From positions 2,391,836 through 2,455,835 of the forward strand of contig BFEA01000012.1 in the NCBI GenBank assembly GCA_003427395.1: a DNA stretch of 64,000 nt, written 5' to 3'. Under the pieces are notes generated by a model that saw only the letters and a program-made list of their open reading frames with translations, did not search any database and was not told where the DNA came from. Below, piece by piece: positions 11,899 through 24,835 of this stretch. Source of the DNA: Chara braunii (Eukaryota > Plantae > Charophyceae). The position numbers and the translations under genes were made by a program. The number at the start of each line of letters is the position of its first letter. Position 1 is the stretch's first letter.

Positions 11899-14489
11899 TA
11901 TCGTAGTCTCACTACAATCGGACGATGTAGGGCATGGACACACCAGGATGCAAAACGTTGTAGGAAGAGCGCGTGTGTAGTGCTCCGAGAATTAAAGTGC
12001 ACCTTGAAACCCCAACACCAACTGACTCCACAAACACAAATTACCTAACTTACACCATCGACAGTTATACTAAGGATTCAATGTGGCTTGAGCAGTGGGT
12101 TAGGGAAGTACCGTTGTCGGGCGGCCGCAGACCAGTCAACCACCCGACATACAAGGAATTCGTTTGGTCTGGTCGTTGGTCCGACTACGGCAGTGTGGAA
12201 TTATTATTTTTAGTACGGGTACTCGCTTGGCATTGTCGAGGCCTACTGCAGTTCAGTGCTATTGTTTCCGGTACGGTAACTAGTCCGGCCTTGGCGAAAC
12301 TCATGGTGGTACGAGATTTGTGCTGCTTGCTCTGGTCTGGGAGCGACTAACTCCGATTCGATGTCTTTATTTTGGCATGATTTTGGCTCCACGGCAACCA
12401 GTTGACGGTATGTGATCTCCAGCGGATGTACATATTTTTTTCATAACACGGTTATTGGCGACATTCACTGCGGGTGCCCCCTATTATCTTGGTATGGGGT
12501 TTTGGTACAGGCACGATAATTGGATGGGCTGGTACAACGTTTGGGCTGAACTGGGTTTGCTGCGGCTCGGTCTACTGCGGGTTTGACATTACTATTTCGG
12601 AATGCCTACTTGGTCAGCAAGGTACGGGTTACGGCTGTTTGACAGCGTTGAGGGTTTGGGGATGATGGATTGGCACCGTGAAGCAGATTTTAATATGTTC
12701 TCACTGCCCAGGTGCCGGGTTGGTACGGTGAGACTAAATTTTATATGTGCCAGGTTCGTTATTGATACCACGGGCCCAGCGCAGGATCTAAAACCCTGGG
12801 TACCGTTAAGGACCAGGGGACGAGCTCGTAAGGGGATGCATCGCAGACAGGATATAGGGGAGGCCATCGCCGACAGGATATAGGGGAGGCCACGAGAGGC
12901 TGGTATCATTCGGACTGGGCAAGAATGAGGGGCGTGCCTGGTACACCCGGCCCACGCCAGCACTCCGTTCAGGATTCAGACAACCCGGTTGGTGAATGTG
13001 AGGGGGATTTTATGAGCAGTGTAGTGTGTCTGGGAGGCGTGTCAGGCGTCCGCAGCCATTTGGGGGGGAATGTTTCGTAAATTCAGACAGCTCTGTTCGG
13101 CGTGAGAGGAGGCATCCGAAAGGTGTGAAGAGGCGAGCGAAGGGCAGACGAGGGGAGCGTGCTCGGTGCTCAGCGCCGTGCCAAAGGCAAAAGTTGAAAC
13201 GGGGAGGGAATTTGGACATTGTGACTGAACTGGTGAGCCACAGATTCCCACTTCACGCTGGAGATCCTCTGAATCACACCGTTCAGAGAGCGGACGACAG
13301 GGGAGGTTGTGCTCAGTATGCGCAGTGAGCAGGCGCGTGATCGATCTGGTGGGCGTGTGACTGGAAAGATAATGTCGTGATTCAGACTGGGTGGGCGGAC
13401 TCACGTGTCTGGCATAACCAGTGCGCGGATGAGTCATTGTGAATGTTGGGGCCCGATGCGCGAGAGTGGAGAATGAAACCTCGCCAAGACAGCGCAGTTA
13501 GAGAAACGAGTGAGGCATACAAGGCGAGACGGGTTCGGAGGGAAGGTCAAGTGAGAACGAACTGGTGGAGTATGGCGGGTGCCCTCGGGGATTGAGTGAT
13601 CCAACGAGGAATGCCCACACGGCGTACACAGTCGTTTCCTTTCTTCAACTTTTGCCACGGGAAGAGATTTGGACTCGAACCGGGCAAAAAGCAAGCTAAT
13701 GGGCAACGAGCGAGTGATATAGGGTGCTGGTTAGTCCGTCGTCCTATGAATGCTCAATGGTTGTGGCTGATTGGTGCATGGCGCAGACGCTCGGAAGAAC
13801 CGCGAATGGTCGTTTGAGTTCATTGTTCGGTAAATGTCATGTGATCGGAGTACTCTCCTATTGGAACGCTGCTTGGAGAGGTATGTCGCGCTACAAGACT
13901 TAGAGAGGATACCAGTTCATTGTATAAATCAGTAAATGAGAACTACCATCAATGCTCCGAGTCGCGATCTGAGACGAACAGGGCGATATTCGCTTTCCTT
14001 CACATAGATGAACTGCAGTTGCGAAACCTAAGACTGTGGTGAGACCAGGCAAGCAAGTTCGGCTTTGAACAGGTGAGCGCGATCGTAAACGACTCGCAGA
14101 AAGTTGCGAGTTAATCAACTGCGGGATGACCCGGAGCAAATAGTCAGTGAAGATGTAAGAAACGTGATCATACTATTGACATTAATATTCACAATATGTC
14201 TCTAGTACCCCAAATGTTGCCTACTCTGATTTGGAAATGAGCCCTCAAATGAGCACTCGTGGTCAATGGACCCCAAAATCTTCAACGAATGGTCCACTGA
14301 AGCTTGCAATGAATTTTGCAAATTTTCATGAAAGAATTGAACTTGTTCTTTGAAGAAAAAATTCTTAAAAGTATATCTTCGTCAAAGAAGCAATGATTAT
14401 TTTTCAGAGGATCGTTTTGATGGTTCATACATTGGGTGGTAGTAAACATTTCAATATTATCATTGAATGGACATTGAACTTCGCCGATT

Positions 14490-15770
14490 TTCTTACCCTT
14501 AACCCATCTCACCTCTTCTCCGAATATCACTGCCATTAATTTTATTTTTTTTCTTTGAGTTGTCGCCCCTTACCCCGTACGCTTTCTTTGGCGAATATCA
14601 CAGTTATTTATTTTCAATTTTTTTTTTGAGTCATTTAGCGTTATCTCATCCCTCCTCTTCGACGAATATCACAGTTATTTGTTTTACTTCTCTTCTTTGA
14701 GTCCTTTACCGTTATCCCATCCCCCCTCTTCGGCGAATATTATAGCTATCTGTTTTTCTTTTCTTGTTGAGTCCTTCACCGTTACCCCATCCCCCTTCTT
14801 CGATGAATATTACAACTATTTGTTTTCGTTTTCTTATTTGAGTCCTTTACCGTTACCCGATTCCCCCTCTTCGACGAATATTACAGTTATTTGTTTTCCT
14901 TTTCTTCTTTGTGTCCTTCACCGTTACCCCATTCCCCCTCTTCGGCAAATATTACAGCTATTTGTTTTCCTTTTCTTTTTTAAGTCCTTCACCGTTATCA
15001 CATCCCCCCTCTTGTGCGAATATCACAATTATTTATTTTTCTTTTCTTCTTTGAGTCCTTTACCGTTACCCCATCTCCCTTCTTCGATGAGTATTATAAC
15101 TATTTGTTTTTTTTTTCTTCTTCGAGTCCTTTACCATTACCCCATCCCTCCTCTTCGGGGAATATTACAGCTATTTGTTCTCCTGTTTTTCTTTGAGTCC
15201 TTTACCGTTAGTACCCCTTCCCTCCTTTTTGGCGAATGTTACAGCTACTTGTTCTCCTTTTCTGCTTTGAGTCCTTCACCGTTACTCCATCCACGCTCTT
15301 CGGTAAATATTACAACTATTTGTTTTTCTTTTTTTCTATGAGTCCTTCACCGTTATCACATCCTCCCTCTTCGGCGTATATCACTACTATTTATTTTTCT
15401 TTTCTTCTTTGAGTCCTTTACCTTTACCTCATTCCCTATTTTCGGCGAATATTACAACCATTTGTTTTACTTTCTTTTTTTTAGCACTTTACCGTCACCT
15501 TATCCCCGCTCTTTGGCGAATGTTACAGCTATTTATTTTCCTTTTCATCTTTAAGTCCTTGACCGTTACCCCAAACCCTCTTTTCAGCGAATATCACAAC
15601 TATTTTTTTTCCTTTTTTTCTTTAAGTCCTCTACCATTACCCCGTCCTCCCTCTTTGGTGAATCTCACAACTATTTGTTTTCTTTTTCTTCTTTGAGTCC
15701 TTTAACGTTACCTCATCCCCCCCCTTCGACGAATATTATAGCTATTTGTTTTCCTTTTCTTCTTTGACGT
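14490..15770. repeat. Satellite, ~71-bp unit, ~18 copies
   Basis: Unit ttctttgagtcctttaccgttaccccatccccctcttcggcgaatattacagctatttgttttc...; unit starts at 14699, 14769, 14840, 14911 etc. Confidence 0.95.
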
Positions 15771-15881
15771 TTTTTTTTTTTTTGTAATTTTTCGCCATTA
15801 CCCTATTTGTTTTTCTTTTTTTTCTTCACCATTACACTGTCCCCCCTCCAACAAGAACCACGTCCCACACTCCACACACAC

Positions 15882-15883
<2 letters not shown>

Positions 15884-15938
<55 letters not shown>

Positions 15939-16428
15939 NNNNNNNNNNNNNNNNNNNNNNNNNNNNNNNNNNNNNNNNNNNNNNNNNNNNNNNNNNNNNN
16001 NNNNNNNNNNNNNNNNNNNNNNNNNNNNNNNNNNNNNNNNNNNNNNNNNNNNNNNNNNNNNNNNNNNNNNNNNNNNNNNNNNNNNNNNNNNNNNNNNNNN
16101 NNNNNNNNNNNNNNNNNNNNNNNNNNNNNNNNNNNNNNNNNNNNNNNNNNNNNNNNNNNNNNNNNNNNNNNNNNNNNNNNNNNNNNNNNNNNNNNNNNNN
16201 NNNNNNNNNNNNNNNNNNNNNNNNNNNNNNNNNNNNNNNNNNNNNNNNNNNNNNNNNNNNNNNNNNNNNNNNNNNNNNNNNNNNNNNNNNNNNNNNNNNN
16301 NNNNNNNNNNNNNNNNNNNNNNNNNNNNNNNNNNNNNNNNNNNNNNNNNNNNNNNNNNNNNNNNNNNNNNNNNNNNNNNNNNNNNNNNNNNNNNNNNNNN
16401 NNNNNNNNNNNNNNNNNNNNNNNNNNNN

Positions 16429-16483
<55 letters not shown>

Positions 16484-16574
16484 AGCACGGTAGCCAGATG
16501 CCACGTATCAGAGAGAGAGGGAGAGAGGGAGAGAGGGAGAGAGAGAGCTCTATGGTAACCAGGTACCACGTATA

Positions 16575-16628
<54 letters not shown>
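15884..16628. repeat. (AG)n microsatellites around an N gap
   Basis: Direct reading. Confidence 0.9.
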
Positions 16629-16991
16629 CTACGATAGGCAGGTGGTGTGGTCCGGTGGCACAGCAAGTCATCTAGCGGTTCATGTCGTGTAGGCAAGTGG
16701 GTAGGTCGTGCAGGTAAGCAGGAAGGTCCTTGGCCTCGACAACACCGTGGGCTTAAAAACCTCCGGAGTCCGAACCTTGACCTCTACAACACCCAGTTTT
16801 TTTTCAAATACGGCTGTATTGAATTCCCATTTTCCAAATGAAAAAAAAAACACACGTCGAAAGATACATCCCTTGTTGTGTGCAGGAACTGATGTATCCT
16901 CCCCCCCCCTCCTCCTAAGGATGGGGTTGGGGGAGTCTTACTGGTGTGAATGGGAGTAGCCTGTCACTGGTGGTAGGTCTATGGTGCATGA

Positions 16992-17207
16992 AGAAAGCGA
17001 GGATGGCTGCCCATCCTCGCAGCACCTCGTAGTCACATGACATTCAGCAGTGCCAACTCGCAAGGGGCATCATTGGGGCAAGATCCTTATTGTCTCACGA
17101 CCTTGAATATCGGTGTTGCCCCGATGATGCCCCTTGCGAGTTGGCACTGCTGAATGCCATGTGACTGCAAGGTGATTTGAGGATGGGGGGCCATATTCTC
17201 ATTTTCT
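16992..17207. repeat. ~215-bp hairpin (fold-back MITE or hairpin-RNA locus)
   Basis: cattcagcagtgccaactcgcaaggggcatca pairs with tgatgccccttgcgagttggcactgctgaatg; partial copy of the right arm at ~20500-20560. Confidence 0.9.
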
Positions 17208-17594
17208 AAATCCTCTCCTTAGAGAATTTATCATTAACTCTACCATTGGGATGATAATCCCGCCTGCCAAAAAACAAAACAAAAAAAAAATCCCGCCTGC
17301 CTCCCTGTCGTTGTGAGTTTTACTATCATTAATTGCTATTATAGTATTATTTCAATTTATTTTGAAATATCTTGTGATCTAGATCTGCTTAGCGAACGGG
17401 CTCCAAAAATCAGCGAACACGAATGTGTTTTTTTTTTCCCCCCTTTTTTTTGTATATAGGGGTCAGGGGAGCATAGGTGGTGTCCCTGAACCCCCCCGGT
17501 GTCTGCAAATCCAAAGTTTATGTGGTGGGGGGGGTGGTTCTCTGTTCTGCAATGGTACTTCCCCTCACCAGATCCACCCCGTCCCCCCACGCAG

Positions 17595-18385
17595 CACATA
17601 CAGACTGTCTCTCACTGTCTGTGTGTGCTGCCCAACAGACTGACCTATATGTGACAGACTGTCTGTCACAGTCCGTCACACTCAGTCTGTTGGGCAGCAC
17701 ACAAGACTGTGACAGAGTCTGTTGGGCAGCAGACATAGACTGTGCCCAACAGAAATTGCAGCACACAGACTGGTGGGGACCAGCTCACACAGAGTCTGTC
17801 GCAGTCTATGTGACAGACTGTCTGTCACAGTCTGTGTGCCTGACAATCTATCACAGTTTGATGGGCAGCACACACACAGTGTGACAGAGTCTGTGTGCCC
17901 CTACCCGACAGACACTGTCACAGTCTGTGCGTTGCCCACCAGATTGTGACAGACTGTTTGACACACACACACACTTGTCGCACTCACACAGACAGTCTGT
18001 CACAGTCTGTGTGAGCTACAGTCTGTCACAGTCTGGTGGGCAGCACACGCAGAGTGTGACAGAGTCTGTGTGCCCCTACCTGACAGACTCTGTCACAGTC
18101 GGTGCGCTGCCCACCAGATTGTGACAGACTGTGACAGACTGTTTGACACACACACACACACACACACACAGATCCAAAGATGATGTGGTTTGGGGGGCAT
18201 TCTCTGTTCCACAATGGTGCTGCCCCCCGCCAGATGAACCCAATCCCCTCCTCCCCCCCCACCCCCCCGACAGACTATCTGTTACAGTCTGTGTGTGTCG
18301 CCCTTTAACACCCACACATATGTGACACAGTGACAAACAGTCAGTCACAGTCAGTCTGTTGGGCAGCACACACAGACTGTGACAA
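17595..18385. repeat. Low-complexity gtgacagactgtctgtcac-type satellite
   Basis: Reiterated cagactgt/gtcacagtctgt motifs in both orientations. Confidence 0.9.
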
Positions 18386-18388
18386 CCA

Positions 18389-19725
18389 CAAGAAGAAGAA
18401 GAAGAAGAAGATGGCGAGGAGGAGGAGATGACGAGTAGGAGGAGAAGAAGAAGAAGATGATGACTAGTAGGAGGAGGAGAGCAAAAGAAGAAGAAGAAGA
18501 AGAAGAAGATTAAAAAAAAAAAAAAAGGGGGGGTTTGACGTGGCAGCTGCGCGTCAATGACGAGATGATGAGGAGTTGGTGAAGAGGAGGAAATGAAGAA
18601 GAAAAAGAAGAAGAAGATGACGAGGAGGAGGACAAGAAGGACATGATGAGTGGGAGGAGGAGAAGAAGAAGAAGAAGAAGATGACGAGTAGGAGGAGGAG
18701 GAGGAGAGCAAAAGAAGAAGAAGAAGAAGAAGAAGAAGAAGAAGAAGAAGAAGAAGAAGAAGAAGATGACGAGTAGGAGGAGGAGGAGGAGAACAAAAGA
18801 AGAAGAAGAAGAAGAAGAAGAAGAAGAAGAAGAAGATAAAAAAAAAAAAAAAAAAGTGTGTGCTGACATGGCAGCCGCGCGTCGATGACGAGACGACGGG
18901 AGGAGTTGGCAAAGAGGAGGAGGAGGAGAAGAAGAAGAAGAAGAAGAGGAAGATGAAAGGAGGAGAAGAAGAAGATGGCGAGGAGAAGAAGAAGAAGATG
19001 GCGAGAAGAAGAAGAAAAAGAAAAAGAAAAAGAAGAAGAAGAAGAAGAGGAAGATTAAAAAAAATAGTATGAACTGCTGTAGCAGCCGCGCGTTGATAAC
19101 GAGACGACGGGACGAGGAGTTGGCCAAGAGGAGGAAGAGGAGAAGAATAAGGAGAAGAAGAAGAAAAAGAAGAAGAAGAAGAAGATGATGATGATGACGA
19201 AAGGAGTAGAAGAAGAAGAAGATGGCGAGGAGGAGAAGAAGAAGAAGACGAAGAAGAAGAAGAAGAAGATGATGACGAAAGGAGTAGTGATGACGAAAGG
19301 AGTAGAAGAAAAAGAAGATGGCGAGGAGGAGAAGAAGAAGATGAAGAAGATGGCGAAAGGAGGAGGAGGAGATGGCAAGGAGGAAGAGATGAAGAAGATG
19401 ATGAAGAGGAGGAGAAGAAGAAGAAGAAGAAGAAGAAGAGGAGAAGAAGAAGTTGACGAGGTGGTGGAGAAGAAGAAGAACAACAAGATGAAGAAAGGAG
19501 GAGGACGAGGCGGCGACGGAGGAGGAGAAGACGGAGAGTAGAAGAAGAACAGTGAATGAAGATGAAGAAGAAGAAGAAGAATTAAAAACAAAAAAAAATC
19601 GCGCGTGCTGACGTGGCAACCGCGCGACAATGATGGACATGATGGAGAGGAGAAGGATGAGGATGAGAAGACAAGAAAACGACGAGGAGAAAAGAAAAAT
19701 AAGAAAAAAAAGAACAAGAAGAAGT
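18389..19725. repeat. (GAA)n/(GAG)n tract with four recurring anchors (tgacgtggcagccgcgcgtcaatgacgag)
   Basis: Anchors at ~18535, 18863, 19075, 19607, each after an A-run. Confidence 0.9.
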
Positions 19726-20267
19726 GGGGGGCTTGGGGAGCGGGGGCCTGAGGAGACATATAGCTGACGGGGGGATCTCTCTCTCTCTCACACACACACC
19801 TGCATAGCCTCCTCTTCTGTGCGCTGCTCCAGCTGGGGGGAACGCACGTTCGAGTTCGATTTTGAATTCAAAAATGACTCCCCCAGCCCCCCTGCCCCTT
19901 GACTTGCGTAGCCTGACTACCCCTGCGCTCCCCAAGGCCCCCAAACCCCCACCACGACCACCGCCGACGACCGGTACCAGCCCCTGCAAACAACGTTCGC
20001 GACCTCCAAAAATGCGTTCGCGCGAACGTGTTCGTGACCTGTTCGCGCGAACTAGCGAACGTGTTCGCGCGGAGGGGAGCACCGTTAGCATGTTCGTCGT
20101 GCTACGCAGATCTAAATTATGGTTGGGAATCTGAAATTATTTATTATCGTTCATAAAGTGCAAACGATAAAACCTATCTACCTACAGACAAATAGAGACA
20201 CACAAACAAGCAAGGAAGCAAGGAGGCAAGCAAACAAGCAAACAAGTAAACAAGCATAAGTACCAAT

Positions 20268-20337
20268 GGGTCTAGCTCAATTGGTATACTCCTGAACTGT
20301 TGGAATAAAAATTCAAGTGAATTCGAATCCACATACC
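20268..20337 (+). mobile_element. Degenerate tRNA-derived SINE head or tRNA pseudogene
   Basis: A-box-like tagctcaattgg and B-box-like attcgaatcc at tRNA spacing; no intact cloverleaf. Confidence 0.45.
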
Positions 20338-21518
20338 TTCAGATGAGAGAATAAAAATCCTTATAAATTGTCTGGGGCCGGTCAGTTCAATGGTGATGTC
20401 TAAAGGTCGTCGCCCTTTTCCATATTAAGGGAAAAAAAAAAAAAAACGTAAGTGAAGAATATTTGAAAAGGAGAAAACTAATGATTAATAATGAATCTTC
20501 TCGAATATGTGTGTTGCCCTGATGATGCCCCTTGCGAGTTGCCATTGCTGAATGCCAAGGGACCACCACGTGCCAACCCGTACAACAGTGTCGATATATG
20601 TATATATATATAGAGAGAGAGAGGGAGAGAGAGAGAGAGGGACAGAGAGAGAGTCACAGAGAGAGAGAGAGGAGGAATCATGGCACACCAAAAAAACACA
20701 CGCGAGCGAGGGTAAGCAACTTGCAACAACACGCTTAGCTTAGTAGGCACACACGTAAACTGATGAATTGCAGATCAGAGACGAATCCAGATGGAACCGG
20801 GAAAAACAAAAGAAAGCAACAAGTGGCACAATTGTACCATTCCAGAGATGAGAAGCAAGTCATCCTCATGGGGTGTAACTCGGATCAAGATAGTGGAGGA
20901 CTCATTTCTCCTGGTACACCTGTCACGTGTGAAAGAAAGGGGGATGTTTCGACCCCTTGGACAAACACCTTGCACAACAATCAACCCAACAAACTTGTAA
21001 CAATACCTGAAGCAGATGCCCCTGGAAAATCCCACTTCATACAACCTGCTCCCTTTCACAACTAAAAGTCGCTCAATATAAAACCAATAACCCGTGAGAA
21101 ATAGATGTATAGTATTGTATACCTGTTTTGTCAAAATAAAAATAAAGCCAGTAACGAGAGGACCAATTAACAAAACAACTAGATTCTAAAACAAAACCAG
21201 AGCAATCCACAGCCACGCCTGTGGGGGAAAGCATGTGTTCTTACACAGATGTGATATATTAGAAATATGACAGTCTCTCGTAATAGCAAGCACAACCAAT
21301 TTGACCAGTAATAACACCAGTCATCAGGAAAAGGGGCAAGGCACACCAATAACATTATACTCGAAGTATGGAAGCCTCGAAGTTGAAGGGTACTATAGGC
21401 AATGAGTGCACTAGCTTACTACTAGCCCACTGCCAACCCACTGCCAACCTCCAAGCTCAGGCCTTTGTTTCACCTCCATTTCCTTCCCCCGCCTTTTTTT
21501 TTTTTTTTTCTCTCTCTC

Positions 21519-21524
<6 letters not shown>

Positions 21525-21586
<62 letters not shown>

Positions 21587-21596
21587 TGTGTGTGTG
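21525..21596. repeat. (TG)n microsatellite
   Basis: Direct reading. Confidence 0.95.
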
Positions 21597-22356
21597 GCGC
21601 ATACACACAACCCACACCCTCTATCTTACGCCATTTCCCCTTGAATGTTCAGCACAGAAACATCTATGGTCGCCTACAGGAAAAAGGTGTGCGCATGCGG
21701 TAGTTTCCGAACATACCATTTTTTTCCAGCGTACCCTCTCCCTCGTAAACCACCTGTCCTCCTTTGAACACTCAGTTGTGCAGACGAGGATCGAGCAATT
21801 GCAAATCTTGCAGACCGTGCACATCACCACGAAACCAGTGGTAACCTTTTAATAAAGGAGTGTTCTCTTCTTGAACCGGTCTCTGCGCAATTTGATTCTT
21901 TCAATTTCAGACATCGATCTCTTCTAATGGTCAACCTGACATATGATCAAGAGAAGGAAATTGAATCTTGCTTCGTTCATGTATCTTCAATGGAAGCAAA
22001 AACAAACAACATTGACCCGAAAAAAACAAAACCGTGAGTATATGGACAACAATAATGTTCACAGACAAGCAAACAAATACAAAGACACATAGACAAGCAG
22101 ATATACAAACAAGTATATAGAGTCAAAGAGGCGGTGACATAGGCAGATGTAGAGAGCAATGAATAGAGAGAGAGAGAGAGAGGCGTGTGACCGGTCACAA
22201 TATCGTGCGCCTGAACGTACGGCCAGCCACCGTGTAAACTTCAACTCAAAAGTCAGATTTGAATGCACACTTCTCGCAAAACCACAACCATAGTACCAGC
22301 CATAGCATTGCAGTTGAAAGTAAGAGAAACGAATAAGAATGACAGTTCATACAAGA

Positions 22357-22840
22357 CGGGTTATGAATCCCCCATGGTCGCGGTCGCCGCGGTCATGACC
22401 TCGATCCGCAGTCATGAAAAAAAAAAAAAAAAAAAAAAATTCTGAAAAATCTGAAAAACATATATGTTATGCCGAAAAATAAGCTGAACAACTTTTGCCT
22501 TGGGGTCATATCAAAATGCATTACCGAATTTGAGATAAAAATCAAACAAAATCTTTTATTTTTCTTACTAAAAGAATAAAGTGAAGAATTTTTGTCTGAG
22601 GGATTTCTGTTTTTTTTTTTTTTTTTTTTTTAATACAAAGAAGTCAAAAAATATATATATCGTAGAGCGCACAAAACCCTATAACCCCATGTTTTTATTT
22701 TATTTTTTGGCCTATTATCCGAAGATTTAAAAATGTCGAGGTTTTCCGACCACGCTTGGTTGCGGGCGCCGCCCGCTGTGGTCGGAATGCTGACCGCGTG
22801 CGGTCAAATGGCCCGCGGTCACGACCGCGGGTGATACATA
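22357..22840. mobile_element. MITE with gcggtc/gaccgc subterminal repeats
   Basis: tatgaatcccccatggtcgcgg at left vs gaccgcgggtgatacata at right; AT-rich core similar to the 23676/26698 elements (gaacaactttt). Confidence 0.6.
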
Positions 22841-22986
22841 TTCGACGGGGTCTAGTTCACGCTGAATGCTGAATTCATAATTTCTTTGGGTGCAGTGAGT
22901 ATTCCAACAAGACGCTTGACTTAATCTCTAGTAACATACATAAGGAGTTACAAAGTGCAAAAATACTAAAAAAAAAACTACCTTAC

Positions 22987-23141
22987 CTCATTGCTCCTTT
23001 GAATCCAACGAACCATATGAAACGTTGCTCACAAATTGACATGTGACATGTTCCCTATTTCCACCTTATCATATTTATGTGGATTAACATTATTGTTGCA
23101 CCAATGATCAACATGATTTTTGTTTAAGTGGAAGAAATCAG
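22987..23141 (-). pseudogene. Spliced exon of a KDZ/Zisupton-like transposase
   Basis: Acceptor cttgtgcag and donor GAG|gtaagg; after removing a 7-bp duplication (tgacatg x2, 23037-23050) it reads DFFHLNKNHVDHWCNNNVNPHKYDKVEIGNMSICEQRFIWFVGFKGAM, matching the DxFH..H...C...NP...NxxxxEQxFxW motif. Confidence 0.65.
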
Positions 23142-23261
23142 CTGCACAAGAACACAAGGGGACAAAAAAATATCGTTAGAACTTATAGTTGTTTGAGAGA
23201 ACTGCCTTTTGCAACACCCTCACATAATAGTAATGCAACATGTAAAACAACATTTCAAATT

Positions 23262-23434
23262 TAGTAAGCGTGAGTCATTAGCTTGCGCTGATTACATCCC
23301 TGCCCTTTGTACACACCACTCGTCTCTCCTATTGATTGAATGGTCTGGTGAAGAGTCAGGATCGTGGTGATCTCGACAGTTCACCATTGAGGGTGTTGTA
23401 AGAAGTTCATAGAACCTTACTATTTAAAGGAAGA

Positions 23435-23470
<36 letters not shown>

Positions 23471-23482
23471 AAAGGATTATTG
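23262..23482 (+). pseudogene. 18S rRNA 3'-end pseudogene fragment (possibly with ITS1 start)
   Basis: ccctgccctttgtacacacc...aagtcgtaacaaggtttccgtaggtgaacctgcgaaaggattattg; many C>T/G>A changes relative to plant 18S. Confidence 0.95.
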
Positions 23483-23675
23483 ACATGTGAACGACCGATT
23501 TTTGAGATGTGGGATGTTGCCCTTAACCCACCTGCCAGATCCGCTGCTGAGCAGGTCTTTCTCGAAATGGAGTGCGCTATGTAGTAACTATATCGGACCG
23601 GACAAATAACATGTATACATTCATTATTAGTTGTTATAATAATAACGTATTATTATTATTATTTTATTATTATTC

Positions 23676-24097
23676 TAAGTAGCGAATCCGGATATCCGGC
23701 AGACCAATTTTATCCGGAATTTTCAATCCGGATGAAATTTCCGGATTAATTCCGGATACGGAAAATCCGGCCCTACGCAAAACATTTTTTTTTTACTGAA
23801 ACAAAACATTTTCAAAAAAATCTGGAAAAACATTATGTTGTTCATACCAATGATATGAACAACTTTTGGCTTGAGGTCATCTTTGATTACTCAACAGATA
23901 TGAAGATAAAAAATAAAACAGAACAAGAAAATAATATTTAGATAAAAAATTATAGAATGAATTAACCATCCTCCCTCTAAACCCCTTTATTCCCTATCTT
24001 ATCCCCTTTGAACCCTTCCAGGCCCTATCAAGCTTTTCATGAAATAGGAACGTAGTTCTATTGTGTTTTGCATGTGCTATATCTGGCACATGCAAAA
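23676..24097 (+). mobile_element. MITE with atccgg repeats (runs into an N gap); near-identical to 26698-27244
   Basis: Direct alignment over ~410 bp. Confidence 0.8.
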
Positions 24098-24835
24098 NNN
24101 NNNNNNNNNNNNNNNNNNAAAAAAAAAAAAAAAAAAACTAGTCAATTCAATTACCTGTCGAATCTGGACAGGACGGCCCTTCAGTGGTGGATTTGTGCTG
24201 CACGACAAGCTCAAGCTCAAAACGAATTGGCGCGGCAGTCTATTTATTTTTCTTTTCGGCTGGCAACCGTGACACCTGCCAAAGAGATCCGTGAGGCACC
24301 CCCATAAGCTGGCCTTGGGTTCAATACCTACAGAAGCTGGTCCTTGGGTTGCGCACCTCATGCTCCCCCCCCCAAAAGACCATCTGGCCAGACATTCGGG
24401 GCCCAAAAACCTCTCATTTAGCTGAATACTGCACCCAAATCTACCAGGGCCTTAAACCAGCAGCACAGGGCATTCTTTTGCAGACTTCTTACAGTTAGTA
24501 TTTGGAGGTTAACGAATCCAGCCTGCTTCAGGCAGGCCAGTACATCAAAATTAGGGTCCGTATATAGTTGGCTTTCGAGCTCTGCCAAGCAACTGGATTA
24601 TGCCCCTGCAGGTCCAGAATTCTGAAAAAAAAACAAGACTCAAACTATTGCAGGTAAACATGATGCGGGCCCTTGTCGTATACCCGCCGCAACTTTCCGA
24701 GCTCAGCCTCCGAAGCAAAATGGCTGGCGGTGCCCAGTGAAAAGGAGGCCTTGCCGGTTCTTTTCTTTTTGGCACGCAGGGCGTTTCGAGGGTCGGAGAA
24801 AAGTGCCTTGGAAGCCCACGTGAGTTAACTGCTGA

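Larger units (their letters stand above)
17380..20114. mobile_element. Non-autonomous hAT-like TIR element filled with satellites
   Basis: Termini tagatctgcttagc / gctacgcagatcta are inverted; gcgaac/gttcgc subterminal motifs at both ends; no TSD found. Confidence 0.55.

Noticed and set aside
12780-12880. RNase H DAS motif (PLYPVCDASPY) on the minus strand
   Set aside because: No downstream RNase H motifs or adjacent RT; region 11100-14100 is left unassigned.
14679-15696. Hydrophobic membrane-protein-like ORFs (also 44662-46001)
   Set aside because: They are translations of T-rich satellites.
18076-19795. Long ORFs of 246-376 aa
   Set aside because: They are translations of GAA/GAG microsatellite.
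20268-20337. Functional tRNA genes (also 25176, 25497, 53413)
   Set aside because: A/B boxes only; acceptor and anticodon stems cannot be formed convincingly.
20840-21936. Host-gene exons on the minus strand
   Set aside because: Plausible splice signals but no open, recognisable reading frame.
23262-23482. Functional rRNA gene
   Set aside because: Only ~220 bp, with substitutions at universally conserved sites.
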